A stretch of DNA of 64,000 bases, from positions 2,800-66,799 of the forward strand of contig BJFW01000002.1 in assembly GCA_014190095.1 (NCBI GenBank), written 5' to 3'. Each line of letters begins with the position of its first letter. The first letter of the stretch is position 1. Made by a program: the position numbers and the translations under genes. This document shows positions 33,312 through 43,379 of this stretch, one piece after another. The notes beneath the pieces are model-generated. The model did no database searches and was not told the DNA's origin. It was given only the letters and a program-made list of their open reading frames with translations. This DNA is from Actinomycetes bacterium. Its GTDB lineage: Bacteria > Actinomycetota > Acidimicrobiia > Acidimicrobiales > Ilumatobacteraceae.

Positions 33312-35166
33312 CAGCATCAAGTCCAATCCGCGAAAGAATGGCATCTGGCTTTGCTTGAGGAATGAATTGTTTAGGAATACCGAGCACTTCAACAACTGGG
33401 CGATTGGTTCCCGAAGTATGTGTAACCAGATCTTCTATTGTCATGCCAATTCCGCCTTCACGAATTCCATCTTCAACCGTGATGACCACTTTGTGTGCTG
33501 AAGCGTTATCAATCATGGACTGATCAAGAGGTGCGCATGAACGCACATCCCACACTGTCGCAGAAATTCCCTTCGCAGCAAGCAATGCAGCAGCGTCTAG
33601 TGATGCTCCAACCATCTTGCCGATAGCCAAAATGCAAACTGTGTTTGATTGGTCGGTGAGCAGTTTGCGTGCTGCAAGTCCAGATCCAACATCAGACGCA
33701 GCAACGCTGCGTGCTTTGCCTTTTGGATAGCGAATGACAACCGGACCTTCATTTGCAAGCGTGACTGCATCTCTCAGCATCTGTTCAACTTCTTGCGTGC
33801 TTGACGGGGCAAGAACTCGCATGCCTGGAACTTTAGATAACAGTGCCATGTCGTAGATGCCGTGGTGACTGGGGCCGTCGTCGCCAGTGATGCCTGCGCG
33901 ATCAAGACAGAAGATAACTGGCAGTCGATGTAACGCAACGTCGTACACCACTTGATCCCATGCACGATTCAAAAAAGTTGAATACAGCGCAACAACTGGA
34001 CGCATGCCGCCCATTGCCATGCCGGCAGCTGCGGTGACTGCGTGTTGTTCGGCAATACCAACGTCAAAGAAACGGTCGGGGAATTGTTCTTGAAATTGAA
34101 TGAGTCCTGTTGGCCCAGGCATGGCTGCAGTAATGGCAACTATTCGTGGGTCGTTTTTTGCAAGGTCAACAATGGTGTCTGCAAATGCTTCGGTGTACCC
34201 AGTTGGCACTGACTTTGAAGGACCAGTCGCCGGGTTGAACACAGGTGCATCATGTAAATGTTTTTCATCGTCGTCTTCTGCAGGCAAGTAGCCGCGACCT
34301 TTTTGTGTGATGACGTGAATCACTATCGGGCCTTCCTCAACGCGTTGCTGTGCTGCATTCAACGCATGTTCAAGTGCTTCCATATCATGGCCATCAATAG
34401 GTCCCACATAACGAACGCCCAGTGCTTCAAAAAATGCAGGTGGCTGAAGAAATTCGCGAATACCAGCCTTGAAAGCTTCCATTCCTCGTTCGGCTTGTGT
34501 TCCGATGACAGGCAGGTTTTTTAAAAACTTTTCAATTTTGCGTTGTCGGCGAACATACACAGGGTTTAAGCGAATATCGGTCAACTTGTTGGACAATGCA
34601 CCCTGACTGAGGTTTGAAACGGTAGGCGCGTAACTACGTCCGTTGTCGTTCAACACCACAATCACACGTTTGCCACTGTGACCAAGGTTGTTTAACGCTT
34701 CGTATGCCATGCCACCGGTCATTGACCCATCGCCAATCACAGCAATGATGTGGCGACGATCGGTGGACGGTGCTGCATCGCGGGCTACAGCGAGTCCGTA
34801 CGCGTAACTCAGCACAGTGCTCGCGTGGCTGTTTTCAATGAAGTCGTGAATGCTTTCCTCGCGACTTGGGTACCCAGAGATTCCGTCGGCTTGACGTAGC
34901 TTGTTGAAACCTGCGCGCCTGCCAGTGACAATTTTGTGAATGTAGGCCTGATGCCCGGTGTCCCACAAAATTGCGTCCCGAGGAGAATCAAATACGCGGT
35001 GTAGTGCGAGCGTCAGTTCAACTGCCCCGAGGTTGGAACCTAAGTGACCGCCGGTTTCTGACACAGCGCTGACGACAAACTCGCGAATTTCTTCAGCAAG
35101 TGCCTCGAGTTGAGGGAGTGTGAGTGCTCGCAGATCACTAGGTTGGCGAATATCTGCGAGGGCCAT
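33271..35166 (-). CDS. dxs: 1-deoxy-D-xylulose-5-phosphate synthase
   Basis: 631 aa counted from the ATG at 35166. Has WDTGHQAYIHKIVTGR and the ThDP motif GDGSMTGGMAYEALN. Confidence 0.96.
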   Translation of the reverse strand: MALADIRQPSDLRALTLPQLEALAEEIREFVVSAVSETGGHLGSNLGAVELTLALHRVFDSPRDAILWDTGHQAYIHKIVTGRRAGFNKLRQADGISGYPSREESIHDFIENSHASTVLSYAYGLAVARDAAPSTDRRHIIAVIGDGSMTGGMAYEALNNLGHSGKRVIVVLNDNGRSYAPTVSNLSQGALSNKLTDIRLNPVYVRRQRKIEKFLKNLPVIGTQAERGMEAFKAGIREFLQPPAFFEALGVRYVGPIDGHDMEALEHALNAAQQRVEEGPIVIHVITQKGRGYLPAEDDDEKHLHDAPVFNPATGPSKSVPTGYTEAFADTIVDLAKNDPRIVAITAAMPGPTGLIQFQEQFPDRFFDVGIAEQHAVTAAAGMAMGGMRPVVALYSTFLNRAWDQVVYDVALHRLPVIFCLDRAGITGDDGPSHHGIYDMALLSKVPGMRVLAPSSTQEVEQMLRDAVTLANEGPVVIRYPKGKARSVAASDVGSGLAARKLLTDQSNTVCILAIGKMVGASLDAAALLAAKGISATVWDVRSCAPLDQSMIDNASAHKVVITVEDGIREGGIGMTIEDLVTHTSGTNRPVVEVLGIPKQFIPQAKPDAILSRIGLDADGIAATVQRLVNK

Positions 35167-35186
35167 GGCGTTCAACGCTATCCCCG

Positions 35187-36065
35187 CTAGAGCGCAGGGT
35201 GAGAAGCCATGCGGGCATCTAGGCGTCGGTGATTCCAATTATGGAGCCAGGTGCCAATCACATAACCGAGACCAAAAACAAGTAAGCCACCCAGTCCGTC
35301 CAACCAGAAGTGGTTGCCGGTGACCACGATGCAGAACAACGTTGTTGCCGGGTAGAGAAATAAGGCGATACGTGCCCAACGTCTCTTCGCTATTGGCCAT
35401 AGCGCAAACACACACCACGTGGACCAGCCAATGTGCAGAGAAGGCATTGCTGCATATTGATTGGACAGCGATGCTGCTGGTCCTTCATTGAATGCCCACG
35501 GACCTCCGAACTCGGCAATGGTGTCTACAAAACCAAAGTTCTCTGCACCGTTGTAATTGCGTAACTCGTGTTCAATACATGAACCGCCGTAGCCACCATT
35601 TATCGTCGGGCACGGTTCGTCGAGCAAACGCGGTGGCATCAGGGGGAAAAGCACAAAACCGATAATGGCAAGACCAGTCATTGCCGCAAGGGTGTTTCTC
35701 CATTGAGCAAATACATCTGGTCGCCGTTTGAACAATAAAATGAACACGCCCAACGTGACAAAGAAATGAGCAGTGCCGTAATAGGTGTTCATCAACTTGA
35801 TAAACCACACATGCGGCAGAAAGAAATCTTGAATTGACTCTTCGTGGTACAGCCCAAGTGCCCGTTCAATTCGAATGACGCGAACCGCATTCGTAAACGA
35901 ATGAAGTGGAACATCGACACCATTGACGAGTGCTGAACCGAATTGGTTGCGTATCAAGGTATAGATCGCGTAGAAAACCGAGACGATCAACGCTTCCTTC
36001 CACCATAGGGTGCGGTGGTGGCGAGGTAGTGCGGCGCTCGTCATGGGATCTGCGGCGGCGTTCAC
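35187..36065 (-). CDS. PAP2-superfamily membrane protein (PAP2_3 / inositol-phosphorylceramide-synthase-like)
   Basis: 292 aa polytopic protein with MPSLHIGWSTW and a C-terminal GNHFWLDG. It ends 20 nt before the dxs start. Confidence 0.7.
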   Translation of the reverse strand: MNAAADPMTSAALPRHHRTLWWKEALIVSVFYAIYTLIRNQFGSALVNGVDVPLHSFTNAVRVIRIERALGLYHEESIQDFFLPHVWFIKLMNTYYGTAHFFVTLGVFILLFKRRPDVFAQWRNTLAAMTGLAIIGFVLFPLMPPRLLDEPCPTINGGYGGSCIEHELRNYNGAENFGFVDTIAEFGGPWAFNEGPAASLSNQYAAMPSLHIGWSTWCVFALWPIAKRRWARIALFLYPATTLFCIVVTGNHFWLDGLGGLLVFGLGYVIGTWLHNWNHRRLDARMASHPAL

Positions 36066-36133
36066 GTCATAAATCGTACGCTGTGTCGTGGCACGCCAAG
36101 ACTCAGCCCGACCACCTTCGGTAGGCTTGGGTT

Positions 36134-37549
36134 ATGACTACACGCACCGAATCTCCTCTTGTTGAACCAGATGTCATTGCTCGAGTACTTGCCAAGGGTC
36201 GCAGCACTGGTGCTGAATTTTCCGAGATCTATGTCGAGGACAAGCGGTCAACTTCTGCTGGATTGGACGACGGAAAAGTCGAGCAGGTGACGAGCGGTCG
36301 AGATCGTGGCGCAGGTATTCGAGTAATCGCGGGTGACACCACTGGCTTTGCTCACACTTCCGATCTTTCCGAGCGCGGTTTGCTTGCCGCTGCAGAAGCT
36401 GCTGCAGCAGCAGCCAAACAAGGTGATGGCGGTGTGCATACCATTGCGTTGCAGCCAGTGTTTCGTCACCCGGTGAACACCATTGTTCAATTTCCCGACA
36501 CGGTTGCAAAGGCGCGCAAAGTCGAGTTGCTCCAACGGGCCGATGTTGCTGCACGTGGAGTACACGGTGCAATCGTTCAGGTTTCCGCCGGATATGGCGA
36601 CTCCATCAAGAAAATTCTTATTGCAAACTCAGATGGAATCTTTAGCGCAGACGAACAGGTTCGCACCTTGATGCGCGTGAGCGTCATTGCAAACGGCGAT
36701 GCCGGCATGCAAACGGGTTACAACTCGCTTGGTCACACCATTGGTTTTGAAGTCTTTGATGAAAACGACGTTGAAGAACTAGCGATCCGTGCGGCGCAGC
36801 AAGCAATTACCAAGTTGCAGGCACGACCCGCACCATCGGGTGCAATGCAAGTGGTCATCAAGCAGGGTTCTGGCGGAGTGTTGTTCCATGAAGCATGCGG
36901 GCACGGACTTGAAGCCGACCTTGTTGGCAAGGGCTCCAGCGTGTATCGCGGAAAAATGGGCGAGCTTGTTGCTTCACCGCTGGTCACCGTGATTGATGAC
37001 GGAACGATGGCGGGTGAGTGGGGTGCGATTGGCGTTGACGACGAGGGACATGCATCGCAGAAGAACACGCTCATAGAAAATGGAATTTTGACCGACTATA
37101 TGTGGGACTTTATTCGCGCTCGCAAGGAAGGCCGCAAGCAAAGCGGCAACGGTCGACGTCAGAGTTATGCAGACTTGCCTATGGTGCGCATGACGAACAC
37201 GTTTGTTACCAACGGTTCAGAGGATCCAGACGACATCATTCGTGCAACAGATCATGGTGTGTACGTTGCAAAACTTGGTGGTGGTCAAGTAGACACCGCA
37301 AGCGGTGACTTTGTGTTCGGAATGGTCGAGGCGTATCTCATAGAGAACGGTGAAATCACAGAGCCATTGCGCGAAGGAAACCTCATCGGCAATGGACCGC
37401 AAGTGTTGAAGGACATCGACTTAATGGGCAATGACTTCGCTATGGGCGGCCCTGGAACATGTGGCAAAGATGGTCAAGGCGTGCCAGTTGGCGATGGTTG
37501 CCCAACATTACGCGTGAAGTCCATGACCATTGGCGGAACTGCAGCATGA
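36134..37549 (+). CDS. tldD: TldD metalloprotease
   Basis: 471 aa. HExxxH-type site HEACGHGLEAD and C-terminal GxC-rich region GPGTCGKDGQ. Confidence 0.9.
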   Translation: MTTRTESPLVEPDVIARVLAKGRSTGAEFSEIYVEDKRSTSAGLDDGKVEQVTSGRDRGAGIRVIAGDTTGFAHTSDLSERGLLAAAEAAAAAAKQGDGGVHTIALQPVFRHPVNTIVQFPDTVAKARKVELLQRADVAARGVHGAIVQVSAGYGDSIKKILIANSDGIFSADEQVRTLMRVSVIANGDAGMQTGYNSLGHTIGFEVFDENDVEELAIRAAQQAITKLQARPAPSGAMQVVIKQGSGGVLFHEACGHGLEADLVGKGSSVYRGKMGELVASPLVTVIDDGTMAGEWGAIGVDDEGHASQKNTLIENGILTDYMWDFIRARKEGRKQSGNGRRQSYADLPMVRMTNTFVTNGSEDPDDIIRATDHGVYVAKLGGGQVDTASGDFVFGMVEAYLIENGEITEPLREGNLIGNGPQVLKDIDLMGNDFAMGGPGTCGKDGQGVPVGDGCPTLRVKSMTIGGTAA

Positions 37550-38898
37550 GCACAACAGTCGATGATCTGCAGGCAATTGCAGATCGCGTAGTTGCGCAAG
37601 CTGGTGCTGGCGAGCAGATTGAGGCCTATGTCAGTAGGGGTGGCGAAACAGCCATTCGTATTTATGAAGGCGAACTCGAGCATTTTGTCTCTGCACAAAG
37701 TGAAGGCGTTGGCATTCGTGTTATCAAAAATGGTCGAACGGGATTTGCCTACTCAGGGACGCTCGACCCTGCGGCAATTGCGGAAGTACTTGCTGATGCT
37801 CGAGACAATGTGAGCTTTGGAACGCCAGATGAGTTTGCAGGCCTTGCAATTCCCGATGGTGTTGCACAAATTCCACAAAAGTTTTGGGACGAAGAGCTTG
37901 CCGGTTATCCAACTGACAAGAAGATCGCACTGACGAAGGAGCTTGAGAAACTTACGCTCGGCATCGACGATCGAGTGCGAGTGGACGAAGCAAACTACGA
38001 CGATGGATGGGGAGAAGTTGCGGTTGCAACAACCACAGGTATTCGTGAAAGTGGCCGTGGGAACTCGTGCTACGTGTCGGTGAGCACGCTCGCAGATGAC
38101 GAAGAAGAAACTCAAACCGGCTTCGGATTTTCTGTTGGCGATTCTCCAAAAGACTTCAATTTACAAAAGGCTGCTCGCGAAGCATCTGAGCGCGCGACCC
38201 GTCTGCTTGGTGCTACCAAGCCTCCAAGCAAGCGCACAACCGTGGTGCTTGACCCGTATGTCACTTCACAGTTCATCAGCATTCTGTCCAGCACGTTGAA
38301 TGGTGAAAACGTTGCAAAGGGCAGAAGTTTTTTTGCTGAACGAATGGGCGACCAAGTTGCTGACCCACGCTTCACGCTGGTTGACGACCCAACAAACCCA
38401 CTTGCATACACCGCAACCGATATTGATGGCGAAGGTCTTGCTGCACGCCGCAATGTTCTGATTGAAAATGGCGTGCTGAAGAAGTTCGTCCATTCTTCAT
38501 ACAGTTCTCGCCGCATGGGAACTGTCAGCACGGGAAATGCAACGCGTGGTGGGTTTGCGGGTTCACCTGGAGTTGGCTGCCTGGCAATGCAATTGGTGCC
38601 AGGAACTCACACCCAAGAAGAGCTGATTGCCAAGGTTGATGATGGCGTACTCATTCAAATGGTGTCCGGACTACATAGCGGGGTAAACCCCGTTTCCGGT
38701 GACTTTTCAACGGGAGCCTCTGGAATGCTCATTAGCAACGGAACGGTTGGAGCGCCGGTCAGAGAATTCACTATTGCCAGCACGTTGCAGCGCATGCTGC
38801 TCGACATTGTGGCTATTGGTGGCGATGTTGATTGGCTGCCTTCTCGGGCGCACGGAATGTCGTTAGTCATTCGGGACGTAACAATGAGTGGTACATAA
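37546..38898 (+). CDS. pmbA: PmbA/TldE partner of TldD
   Basis: 450 aa counted from the ATG at 37546 (ATGA overlap with tldD). TldD/PmbA fold signatures, without the HExxxH site. Confidence 0.85.
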   Translation: MSTTVDDLQAIADRVVAQAGAGEQIEAYVSRGGETAIRIYEGELEHFVSAQSEGVGIRVIKNGRTGFAYSGTLDPAAIAEVLADARDNVSFGTPDEFAGLAIPDGVAQIPQKFWDEELAGYPTDKKIALTKELEKLTLGIDDRVRVDEANYDDGWGEVAVATTTGIRESGRGNSCYVSVSTLADDEEETQTGFGFSVGDSPKDFNLQKAAREASERATRLLGATKPPSKRTTVVLDPYVTSQFISILSSTLNGENVAKGRSFFAERMGDQVADPRFTLVDDPTNPLAYTATDIDGEGLAARRNVLIENGVLKKFVHSSYSSRRMGTVSTGNATRGGFAGSPGVGCLAMQLVPGTHTQEELIAKVDDGVLIQMVSGLHSGVNPVSGDFSTGASGMLISNGTVGAPVREFTIASTLQRMLLDIVAIGGDVDWLPSRAHGMSLVIRDVTMSGT

Positions 38899-38977
38899 CC
38901 ACGCTCTACCTGTTTGCTATTTTATTTCCGTGGCAAAAAGCACCAAAGTTGTCGGCCTCGACTGGCTATATCGAAAA

Positions 38978-39163
38978 ATGGATGAACACGAGTATCCAAG
39001 CCTTCAGGCAGTCGCCGAAGCGTGCGATCTGAATCGTGGAAATTTGTATCGCTATTTCGCCTTCGAAACTCGGCCGTCCATAGATCTTTTACCAAAGTTG
39101 TGTAATGGTTTGAATGCTTCGCCGTTAGAGGTACTCACTGCACTCGGTATACAGTTCGACTAA
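38978..39163 (+). CDS. small XRE-type helix-turn-helix protein
   Basis: 61 aa. SLQAVAEACDLNRGNLYRYF...SIDLLPKLCNGLNASPLEVL fits the Cro/C1 HTH pattern. Confidence 0.55.
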   Translation: MDEHEYPSLQAVAEACDLNRGNLYRYFAFETRPSIDLLPKLCNGLNASPLEVLTALGIQFD

Positions 39164-39474
39164 TCAACCTGCTTAGAACGAATCAGTACTGTTGTTTCAT
39201 TTACTTGCTCAAAACTACGAGCAGACTCGTCGCATGACCACAGTTCGATAAACCGATCCCGAACGTCAACGCGCATAGGGTGGGTAACCAGTTCGAGAAC
39301 CCGCCTTATTTCATCCCTCCAATGAAAACTGAGCCTGAGGTGGCCGTTCGGCAGTGTGGTCAGGCTTGGCGCAATCAGGTTTTCAGTGAGTTCAATTTCA
39401 AGTTCCATGGCGAGTGGCTCAATTTCTCGGTAATTAGGCGTTGCGGATATGCAACGATAACCCCAAGCACTCAT
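39160..39474 (-). CDS. hypothetical protein
   Basis: 104-aa ORF, or 82 aa from the internal ATG at 39408. No motif recognised and no clear SD. Convergent with the HTH gene, overlapping it by 4 nt. Confidence 0.35.
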   Translation of the reverse strand: MSAWGYRCISATPNYREIEPLAMELEIELTENLIAPSLTTLPNGHLRLSFHWRDEIRRVLELVTHPMRVDVRDRFIELWSCDESARSFEQVNETTVLIRSKQVD

Positions 39475-39496
39475 AAATCTGGTGTAAGCATGAGGG

Positions 39497-40327
39497 GTGT
39501 CGATATTCCACGCGATCGTTCTTGGGCTCGTTCAGGGACTTACTGAGTTTTTGCCAATTTCCTCAAGCGGGCACCTCATCCTTGCCCCATGGCTGTTTGG
39601 TTGGAATGACTTCAGCAACCTAGAAACACAGCGGGCATTTGATGCTGCGCTGCATTTAGGAACTCTGGTCGCAGTGTTGTTCTACCTGCGCGCAGATTTA
39701 GTTCCCTATGTGCGCGAGGGCCTAAAAGTTGTGGTCACGCCGAAGAAAGCAAATTTGACCATCGGACGACGTGCATGGCTGTTTGTTCTGTCTGCTGTGC
39801 CAGCCGGGATAGCTGGCGCTCTTGCTGAGGACTGGATTACCAAGAAGCTTGGAACACCAGCACTGATTGCAATTTCACTCATGGTGTTTGGCGCGGTGTT
39901 GGTGTGGGCCGATCGACAAACCGGAACACGCGATGTGGACAGTTTCTCAACGCGCGATGCACTGCTCATTGGTGCTGCCCAAGTGCTTGCGCTAAACCCT
40001 GGAACATCACGCTCGGGAATCACCATCACGGCTGCGCGTAAGTTTGGTTTTTCTCGCGATGCAGCAGCGCGCGTGAGTTTCCTCATGAGCGTGCCGGTTA
40101 TTGGTGGTGCAGTGCTGCTCAAACTGACGAAACTGGCAAGTGATGGAATTCCAGACGGCCTGATCATCCCAATGACTGTGGGAATCATCTCGGCAGGAAT
40201 TTCTGGATGGATTGCCATGTGGGGAATGATTCGCTTGCTTCGCTCACGAAGCTTTACCCCGTTTGTGATGTATCGATTTGTTGCAGGAATCGCCGTCCTT
40301 ACTTTGCTCTCAACCTCATTTCGCTAA
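39497..40327 (+). CDS. uppP: undecaprenyl-diphosphate phosphatase
   Basis: 276 aa. BacA motif TEFLPISSSGH. GTG start preceded by GAGGGG. Confidence 0.93.
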   Translation: MSIFHAIVLGLVQGLTEFLPISSSGHLILAPWLFGWNDFSNLETQRAFDAALHLGTLVAVLFYLRADLVPYVREGLKVVVTPKKANLTIGRRAWLFVLSAVPAGIAGALAEDWITKKLGTPALIAISLMVFGAVLVWADRQTGTRDVDSFSTRDALLIGAAQVLALNPGTSRSGITITAARKFGFSRDAAARVSFLMSVPVIGGAVLLKLTKLASDGIPDGLIIPMTVGIISAGISGWIAMWGMIRLLRSRSFTPFVMYRFVAGIAVLTLLSTSFR

Positions 40328-40944
40328 TTCGAAATAGCAAGTGTCGCTTCACCTAGCGATGCAGCGCTAGCAACCGCCGGTGCCAACAGCTCTGGTACAG
40401 CAACAACAACCCCAACGTTGTTTTCTAGTGACGACAGAACAATTCCGCGTGCTGCAATAACTTGCCCATTGGCAATGATGTCAACAAATGTGCCTGGTGA
40501 AAGTGCTGGCATGACTACTCGAGGAACAACAGAGACTGCACGCATACCAGCAGGAACGGACGAGCCTTCACCTTCGGCAAGTGAGTTTTGCAAACTAATG
40601 ACGTCACCTCCGCTGATGTCACTTGTGGCGGTAAGCGATGGTGGAAGAGTAGAACGCGTTGACGGCAACACGAACTGCGTGGGCATGGTGAACGTTTTGG
40701 TGTTCTGTGGTGAGATTGGTTGACCAGCGGAAATGTTTGTAGATGCAATGTGCACAAGCACATAGTCTCCGAATGCGTTACGTTGCCGATGGAGTTGAGA
40801 GACCGACAGTGCGTAGATTGCTGCTGCAAGTACGGCTAGCCCGGAGATGACGGCAACTTGCCGCTGACGATTGCGACATAACTCTCGGTGCATGCGCTCA
40901 GCGAAACGGAAAACGGGCTGCAGTCGATTCAGGAGATCTTTCAT
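40324..40944 (-). CDS. SAF-domain / CpaB-like membrane-anchored protein
   Basis: 206 aa counted from the ATG at 40944. N-terminal TM helix (VAVISGLAVLAAAIYAL), then a SAF-like beta region. It sits next to the FmdB gene, as in other actinobacteria. Confidence 0.6.
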   Translation of the reverse strand: MKDLLNRLQPVFRFAERMHRELCRNRQRQVAVISGLAVLAAAIYALSVSQLHRQRNAFGDYVLVHIASTNISAGQPISPQNTKTFTMPTQFVLPSTRSTLPPSLTATSDISGGDVISLQNSLAEGEGSSVPAGMRAVSVVPRVVMPALSPGTFVDIIANGQVIAARGIVLSSLENNVGVVVAVPELLAPAVASAASLGEATLAISN

Positions 40945-40981
40945 GTACCGATGTGTTCGCTGCGCGCAGCGTCGGGAAGAT

Positions 40982-41251
40982 CTAGTCGGCTGAAGGTGTT
41001 GCAGGAGCAGCCGGTGCTGCTGGAGCAGCCGGAGTTGCGGTGCTGCTTGACGATTTCGAGGACGAACTCGAATCCGTCTTGTAGAAACCACCACCCTTGA
41101 ACGACACTCCAACAGGGGTGAACACCTTTTTCACCGGTTTCACCACACCATCTATTGGGTGGACCATTTCTGTGAGTGGGTCGTCAGAGAATGCCTGCTG
41201 CACTTCAATGGTCTCGCCAGAGTCAATGAATTTGTAGACATACGTTGGCAT
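40982..41251 (-). CDS. FmdB-family (CxxC_CxxC_SSSS) protein homologue lacking all four zinc-ribbon cysteines
   Basis: 89 aa. Has the family N-terminus MPTYVY, the FKGGGFYKTDS core and a poly-Ser/Pro-Ala tail, but contains no Cys at all. Confidence 0.7.
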   Translation of the reverse strand: MPTYVYKFIDSGETIEVQQAFSDDPLTEMVHPIDGVVKPVKKVFTPVGVSFKGGGFYKTDSSSSSKSSSSTATPAAPAAPAAPATPSAD

Positions 41252-41277
41252 AAGACCAACAATTCTAGGATGCAGGT

Positions 41278-42144
41278 ATGGCTATGCGCACTGCTGTGAT
41301 TCCTGCTGCTGGACTAGGCACCAGGTTCTTACCCGCCACCAAAGCAGTGCCCAAGGAACTGATGCCAATTTTTGATACGCCTGCGTTGCAGTTGGTGATG
41401 GACGAGGCAATTGGCGCGGGTGTTGAACACATCGTGGTGGTCTCGAACGTGGCAAAGCCAGGGATTGAGGAGTATCTCAAGCCGTCACAAGACACAGTGG
41501 ATCGAGTGCGCAAAAGCGGACGCACCGAACTTGCCGACAGGTTGGCGCGCATTGGAACAGATGTTCGCGTCAGCATTGCCTATCAAGACAAGCCGCGCGG
41601 CCTTGGCCATGCTGTGTCGTGCGCACGTGCAGCAGTTGGCGATGAAGCGTTTGCGTTGTTATTGCCAGATGAAATCATGGGCGACTCATCGTTGCTGTTA
41701 AAGATGGCGCAGATGCATAACGCAACAGGTAAAACCGTAGTTGGGTTAAAGCGCGTGCCAAAAAATGAAGTCAGTGCATATGGAGTCATCACCACAACGG
41801 GAACAACAGGCAAACAAGGTGAAGTGACCATCACAGGAGTGGTGGAAAAACCATCAGTCGAAGAAGCACCGAGTGACATCATCATTATTGGTCGCTATGT
41901 ATTAGCGCCCGACATGTTTGACATTCTTGAAACGCTTGCACCTGCGCCGAGTGGCGAAATTCAGTTGACTGATGCTTTGCTGATTGGAGCGAATGCAAGA
42001 ACGGTAGATGGCGTGGTGAGCGATATTGAACGCCACGACACGGGAACGCCAATGGGTTGGTTGCAGACCGTGATTGAGTTGACATTAAAACGCGAAGATG
42101 CGGGCGCCGAATTGAGAACATGGTTGAAAGGAAAGTTGTCATGA
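41278..42144 (+). CDS. galU: UTP--glucose-1-phosphate uridylyltransferase
   Basis: 288 aa. Has VIPAAGLGTRFLPATKAVPKELMP. Confidence 0.93.
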   Translation: MAMRTAVIPAAGLGTRFLPATKAVPKELMPIFDTPALQLVMDEAIGAGVEHIVVVSNVAKPGIEEYLKPSQDTVDRVRKSGRTELADRLARIGTDVRVSIAYQDKPRGLGHAVSCARAAVGDEAFALLLPDEIMGDSSLLLKMAQMHNATGKTVVGLKRVPKNEVSAYGVITTTGTTGKQGEVTITGVVEKPSVEEAPSDIIIIGRYVLAPDMFDILETLAPAPSGEIQLTDALLIGANARTVDGVVSDIERHDTGTPMGWLQTVIELTLKREDAGAELRTWLKGKLS

Positions 42145-43379
42145 GCGAACTTAAAGTCACCATTGATCCAAAAGAAGTGGGCATGAGCGCAGAGCGTCTT
42201 GCTCGAATTGACTCGCACTTCAAGGATTACGTGGACGATGGCCGTTTGCCGGGCTATCACGTAGCAGTTGCTCGCTACGGGCAAATTGTGCACAGCAGCA
42301 CGTATGGCATGCGCGATGTTGAAGCGAACTTGCCGATTGAGCAAAACACCATGTATCGCATTTATTCCATGACGAAACCGATCACATCAATCGCGCTGAT
42401 GATGTTGGTTGAAGAAGGAAAGATTCAACTCACCGATGAAGTGAGTAAGTACATTCCGTCATTTGGAAATATTCGCGTGTTCGCAGGTGGTTCTTCAATG
42501 AAGCCGATCACAGTTCCATCACGCGCACCCATGCGCGTTTGGCACTTGCTCACGCATACTGCTGGCCTGACGTATGGCTTTAACTATTACGACGCGACAG
42601 ATGCGATTTATCGCACGCGTGAAGCCGAGTTTGCCAAAGAACACCCAAATCCAACGCTCGAGCAAGTGTGCGACAACTTCGCAGCAATGCCGTTGGTGTT
42701 CGAACCAGGAACATCATGGAACTACAGCGTGGCAACCGATGTAGTTGGCCGTTTGGTGGAAGTGATTTCGGGAACGCGCTTAGATGATTTTTTTCAGAAG
42801 CGAATTCTTGGACCACTTGGCATGAACGACACGTCGTTTTATGTTGCCCCCGAAAAACAGTCGCGCTTGGCCGCGCTGTACGCCTTTGATCCGTCACCTG
42901 CCAAAAAGGTTCGGTACGGTGCGATTGAAAACCAAGTAGTCACCGAGCGTTCGTGGGATTCGGGCGGCGGCGGTTTGGTTTCCACTGCTGCTGACTACTG
43001 GAAGTTTTTGCAGATGTTGGAAAACGGTGGTGAGTTAAACGGTGCGCGCATCATTTCGCCTACCACGCTTGATCTGATGACGATGAACCACATTCCTGGA
43101 AACAAAGACATTTCCGATTGGGGTAGGCCAATGGGTGAAGAAGTGTTCTACGACGGACTTGGGTTTGGACTTGGGTTTGCAGTGGTCATTGATCAGGCAA
43201 AAACCAAAGTTGCGTGTTCAAACGGCACGTATAGCTGGGGTGGCATGGCGAGCACCGCGTTCTGGATTGATCCTGTTGAAGAAATCACTGCAATGTTCTT
43301 CACGCAGTTAATGCCGTCAACAACGCATCCAATTCGCCCGTTCTTGCGCAGCTTGGTGTATCAGTCAATTACTGAATAA
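42141..43379 (+). CDS. serine hydrolase, beta-lactamase (class C/esterase) family
   Basis: 412 aa counted from the ATG at 42141 (ATGA overlap with galU). SxxK motif YSMTKP and a YxN-like WNYS. Confidence 0.85.
   Translation: MSELKVTIDPKEVGMSAERLARIDSHFKDYVDDGRLPGYHVAVARYGQIVHSSTYGMRDVEANLPIEQNTMYRIYSMTKPITSIALMMLVEEGKIQLTDEVSKYIPSFGNIRVFAGGSSMKPITVPSRAPMRVWHLLTHTAGLTYGFNYYDATDAIYRTREAEFAKEHPNPTLEQVCDNFAAMPLVFEPGTSWNYSVATDVVGRLVEVISGTRLDDFFQKRILGPLGMNDTSFYVAPEKQSRLAALYAFDPSPAKKVRYGAIENQVVTERSWDSGGGGLVSTAADYWKFLQMLENGGELNGARIISPTTLDLMTMNHIPGNKDISDWGRPMGEEVFYDGLGFGLGFAVVIDQAKTKVACSNGTYSWGGMASTAFWIDPVEEITAMFFTQLMPSTTHPIRPFLRSLVYQSITE

Noticed and set aside
38978-39474. The XRE HTH plus 104-aa ORF as a toxin-antitoxin pair.
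   Set aside because: The genes are convergent rather than co-transcribed. The larger ORF has no recognisable toxin fold or motif, and its coding status is itself uncertain.
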